Made by a program: the position numbers and the translations under genes. The notes beneath the pieces are model-generated. The model did not search any database. It saw only the letters and a list, made by a program, of their open reading frames with translations, and had not been told where the DNA came from. 64,000 bases of DNA from Chlorokybus atmophyticus (lineage: Eukaryota > Plantae > Mesostigma and Chlorokybus algae): positions 186,001 to 250,000 of the forward strand of contig RHPI01001946.1 in the NCBI GenBank assembly GCA_009103225.1, given 5' to 3'. Of this stretch, positions 60,792 to 64,000 are shown piece after piece (within the stretch, counting starts at the first letter, position 1; the number at the start of each line of letters is the position of its first letter).

Positions 60792-63760
60792 ATGTCGGTG
60801 AGTTTGTCATATCACAAGTTTTTTTTTTTATTAGATCTGATTGTATATCTTGTTTACATTAGCCCGCTGGTAATTGTGTGGCTGTGTCATAGCTCGGACG
60901 CTGCGAGTTGATTGTGCTGTGCTGTGCAGCGGTTGTATGCTTTGTATGCTCTCAATCAGGGTGTGGCCTTTGAGCCGCTTGTTTTCATCACAATAAATGA
61001 GCACAGGGCAATGGCCGTCCATGCAGCCCAACCTGAACTTCTCCTCGTTGGGGGTAAACACATGATCCCCTTCATGTGCATCGTGCTCTCTAGTTTGAGT
61101 CAAGTCTGTGCAACGAGAAAGCAATAATCTACCCTGTGTGCATTACACAGTTTGGTATCAACATACAAAGCATCGGGCAGTGTGATTGTTGTTATAAGTC
61201 TTGTTAGATTAATATGTCCCACGACTGCTGCTGCTTTATTTTCTACCTCTGTGCACGCGCACGCTTGTGTGTGTGTCGATATACCTGCACTTGTGCTTAG
61301 CAGGTGGTTTGCTGCTGATCTTTTTCCTTTTGTTCGTAAATGTTTGTGTATTGATTTGTAGATGTTGTGTGTCTGTTTTGTTTTGTTTTTCGAGCATCCA
61401 TTCATCTTGCCATGGCACGTGATTGGTGGCTCAATCAGTATGCCACATTGCTCGTGTACACACTCATGTACACACTTGCGCGGAGAGGAAGCATTGTTTT
61501 TTTCTTTGCCTTGGAAGATAGTTTTGAGCATGGACGCTTTGGTTTTACTTATATTTATCACTCAACATACGTGTCTTTGGGGCCTTCTGTTAGGGTGTGG
61601 ACAACACAGCGCGTCGCAAATGGAACAGAGAAGAGTTTGAAGAGAAGGCGCGCGAAAGGGCTCGACAGGTTGGCTCAATCTAGCAATCCTTGCTGAACAT
61701 ATGAGTGTCAAGGATTCAATGTGTTTCATTGTTGTTGTTTGCATTGCGTATTGAATGGCGGTGTGGCAGGCTGATGGGTCGGATGAAGAGCGGAAGCCGA
61801 AAAGAGGTTAGTGTCATTTCTATTATGCCAGAAGTAAGATTAACCGCACCATAGTAGCACGTTGTGTTGTCGTTACTACCTGATATGCCCTTTTGGGGGC
61901 TTATGTGGCATGTCTGTGTGTGCCCATACTACTTTGACAGTGGAGACCATGATAGTGCCACATTTGCACCCACATGCATGCATTCTTACCCCATTCACGC
62001 GCAATTGCATACTGTGTGTAGTTGTCACCCACTCTCATAACATGACTGTCGTAGGGAGCAGCCCTCCTGTGCAGCGCGCGCCATTGAAGCAAAGAGATTT
62101 TGCGGTTGATCTCTCATCCAAACTCGGCAAGACACAGGTTAGAGAGACATATTGCATAAACGCATGTTGGCGAGTGCTGGTGAAAGTGCAAGGCAGGGTA
62201 CAACAAAATGTGTGTTTACTTGGTTTCTGAGATTTACAGTTTTGTGTGTTTGCTTCCACGCAGGTCGTGACACACCTCACACCACTCGCCCAGCAGGTGA
62301 GCTCAAGCACAATCTCTGTCGGGTAGATGAGCGTATGCAAAAGTTGCAGTCCAAAGCATGCAGGCGCTCATGCATGCTGGCACACATGTACGCGCATACA
62401 TTTTCATTCATGCTTATGCACACGCATACAGCCGCGCACACGCATGCAGGCGTGCGCAACAATCGCGTGGTGGTTCCTTGACATTTGTAAAATGAAATGC
62501 ATGAGACATTGCACAGGACCATTACAAGTGTCTTTCAACAAACGTTACCAAGTCCACAGTTGAAATGTTGTGATCGTATCGGTGCTGTGTGCAGGCGGGG
62601 TACTACTGCAATGTGTGCGAGTGCGTAGTGAAGGACTCTGCGAACTATCTAGACCATATAAATGGCAAAAAGCGTAAGCGCCTGACTGTAACTGTTTGCC
62701 ATTTTGTATTTCTTGAACATTTTGCATTTCAAAGTTGTTTACCATGTTATATGCATTGATACACGCACTGCTTTCGAAAACAGATCAAAGAGCGTTGGGC
62801 ATGTCCATGAGAGTGGAGCGATCATCATTAGAGCAGGTGAGATGTGATACAATCTCACACTTACACATCACGACATCTCCACAGTGGGGTATGTACTGTT
62901 ATTGTGACTGGATTGTGCAATCGACATAACATGAAGTGATGTTGAGTGTGTTCAGTCCACTACGCTCGCATGGTGGATGGTGTGCTCACAGTTTGCATAC
63001 AAACAAAGTACGCACGCACATGTGCACATAGGATGCATATGTACATCCTGTGAGCAGGTGCAAGGTAGGTTTGAGATGCTGAAGCGCAAGCAGCAAGAGG
63101 AGAAGATGAAAGTCAACCCAGCAGCAGGTGTGCGCATATACATGCATGTATATGCCTATCTCTCGTCTGCAGGTATTGCGTATGTTTACTTCAGTTACCC
63201 GTGGTGCTTGGTGCGTGCTTGCGTAAGTATGTGTGCTGTTTCAGGCATACACCTAGTGTGCGCTGATGCACACCCTGCTTAGTTGTGTGCCTACACATAC
63301 ATAGGCACACTGCTGCTTACGTGTGCTTGTTCTCATGTCTATCATTTGTCACTTGTCGCAGATTGGGAAGCAAGGATAAGTAGGCTGCAAGATGAAGAAG
63401 AGGAGAGGAAACGAGCCAAAAAGCAGAAGAAGAAAGACAAGGACAAACAGGTGCGTATTTGGTTTCTTATGGTGATGGCGAAGATGCTTGCATAGCTTGA
63501 TTGACTGCTTGCATGAGCTGCTATTTGGCTTGACTGGCTGCAGTTCCAACTGGGTCCCACAAACCGGTTGGGTGCTGATGCAGATGCCTGATTTTGTTGA
63601 CCATGATGAAAACTGCTAGCTCGGTGGACTGCATGACGGTTCGGCTCCTACTTATGATGCTTGCAAACAGGTTGAAGCTGATGTAACTGTGCCTGAGATG
63701 GATCCCGAGATGGCTGCGATGATGGGTTTTGGCGGATTTGGGACATCGAAAAAGTCGTGA
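60792..63760 (+). CDS. ZMAT2: Zinc finger matrin-type protein 2 (Snu23 homolog, spliceosomal B complex), multi-exon
   Basis: MS|[22 protein letters not shown]; [18 protein letters not shown]|VV; [26 protein letters not shown]|[18 protein letters not shown]|V..RFEMLK; [19 protein letters not shown] (TGA 63758-63760). The 6-nt first coding exon (ATGTCG|gtgagt) is inferred. Confidence 0.95.
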
Positions 63761-64000
63761 TTGTGCATTCCTTGCGGCAGTGTACATACAGATTGTAGGG
63801 AGAGTAAGAGTTTCACAGCAATGCATGGGTTGCTGTCATTCAGATAGTGTATCTAGGTTTTATTTTATACATGAAGAGACAGTGTGTACTTGTAGCAAGT
63901 GGCTGCTTGCCAGTTGAGTGTACACAAGAACAAAGACGGTATGCATCATAAGTGACCAACATGACAATACATACTGCAGCAACATGCACCTTGACTACCA

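Noticed and set aside
60831-61127. Overlapping ORFs in ZMAT2 intron 1, with PVLIYCD resembling copia RNase H
   Set aside because: The downstream KHID..H and ADxxTK motifs and the upstream E..A motif are missing; insufficient support.

Overview
Eukaryotic, intron-rich nuclear DNA with GT-AG introns of about 80-800 nt and two N-gaps. The gene set (BRX-domain PRAF/RLD, NPK1/ANP-type MAPKKK, plastid-targeted UROS, OWL1/DNAJC11) points to a green-lineage organism, most plausibly an early-diverging streptophyte alga (inference). Ten apparently intact protein genes are supported: PRAF/RLD (+), an uncharacterised Rsa3-like-motif protein (-), a WD40/DUF2415-type protein (+), UROS (-), DIM1 (-), NPK1/ANP (+), a DnaJ-type zinc-finger protein (+), a bacterial-type HDAH-like deacetylase (-), DNAJC11/OWL1 (+), an LLP/Laps homolog (-) and ZMAT2 (+); the Rsa3-like model is the weak eleventh. 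One tRNA-Ala(UGC) is present. Accessory DNA includes a ~10 kb intron-containing pseudogene resembling an uncharacterised bacterial (Planctomycetes/Verrucomicrobia-type) protein family, split by a ~3.6 kb insert that carries a second decayed SAP/zinc-finger gene. It also includes a decayed Penelope-like retroelement, two tandem diverged restriction-like-endonuclease (CRE/R2-type) LINE 3' ends, and a motif-dense non-coding block with a perfect 73-bp palindrome. Family assignments come from motifs recognised by eye and from memory; no database search was run.
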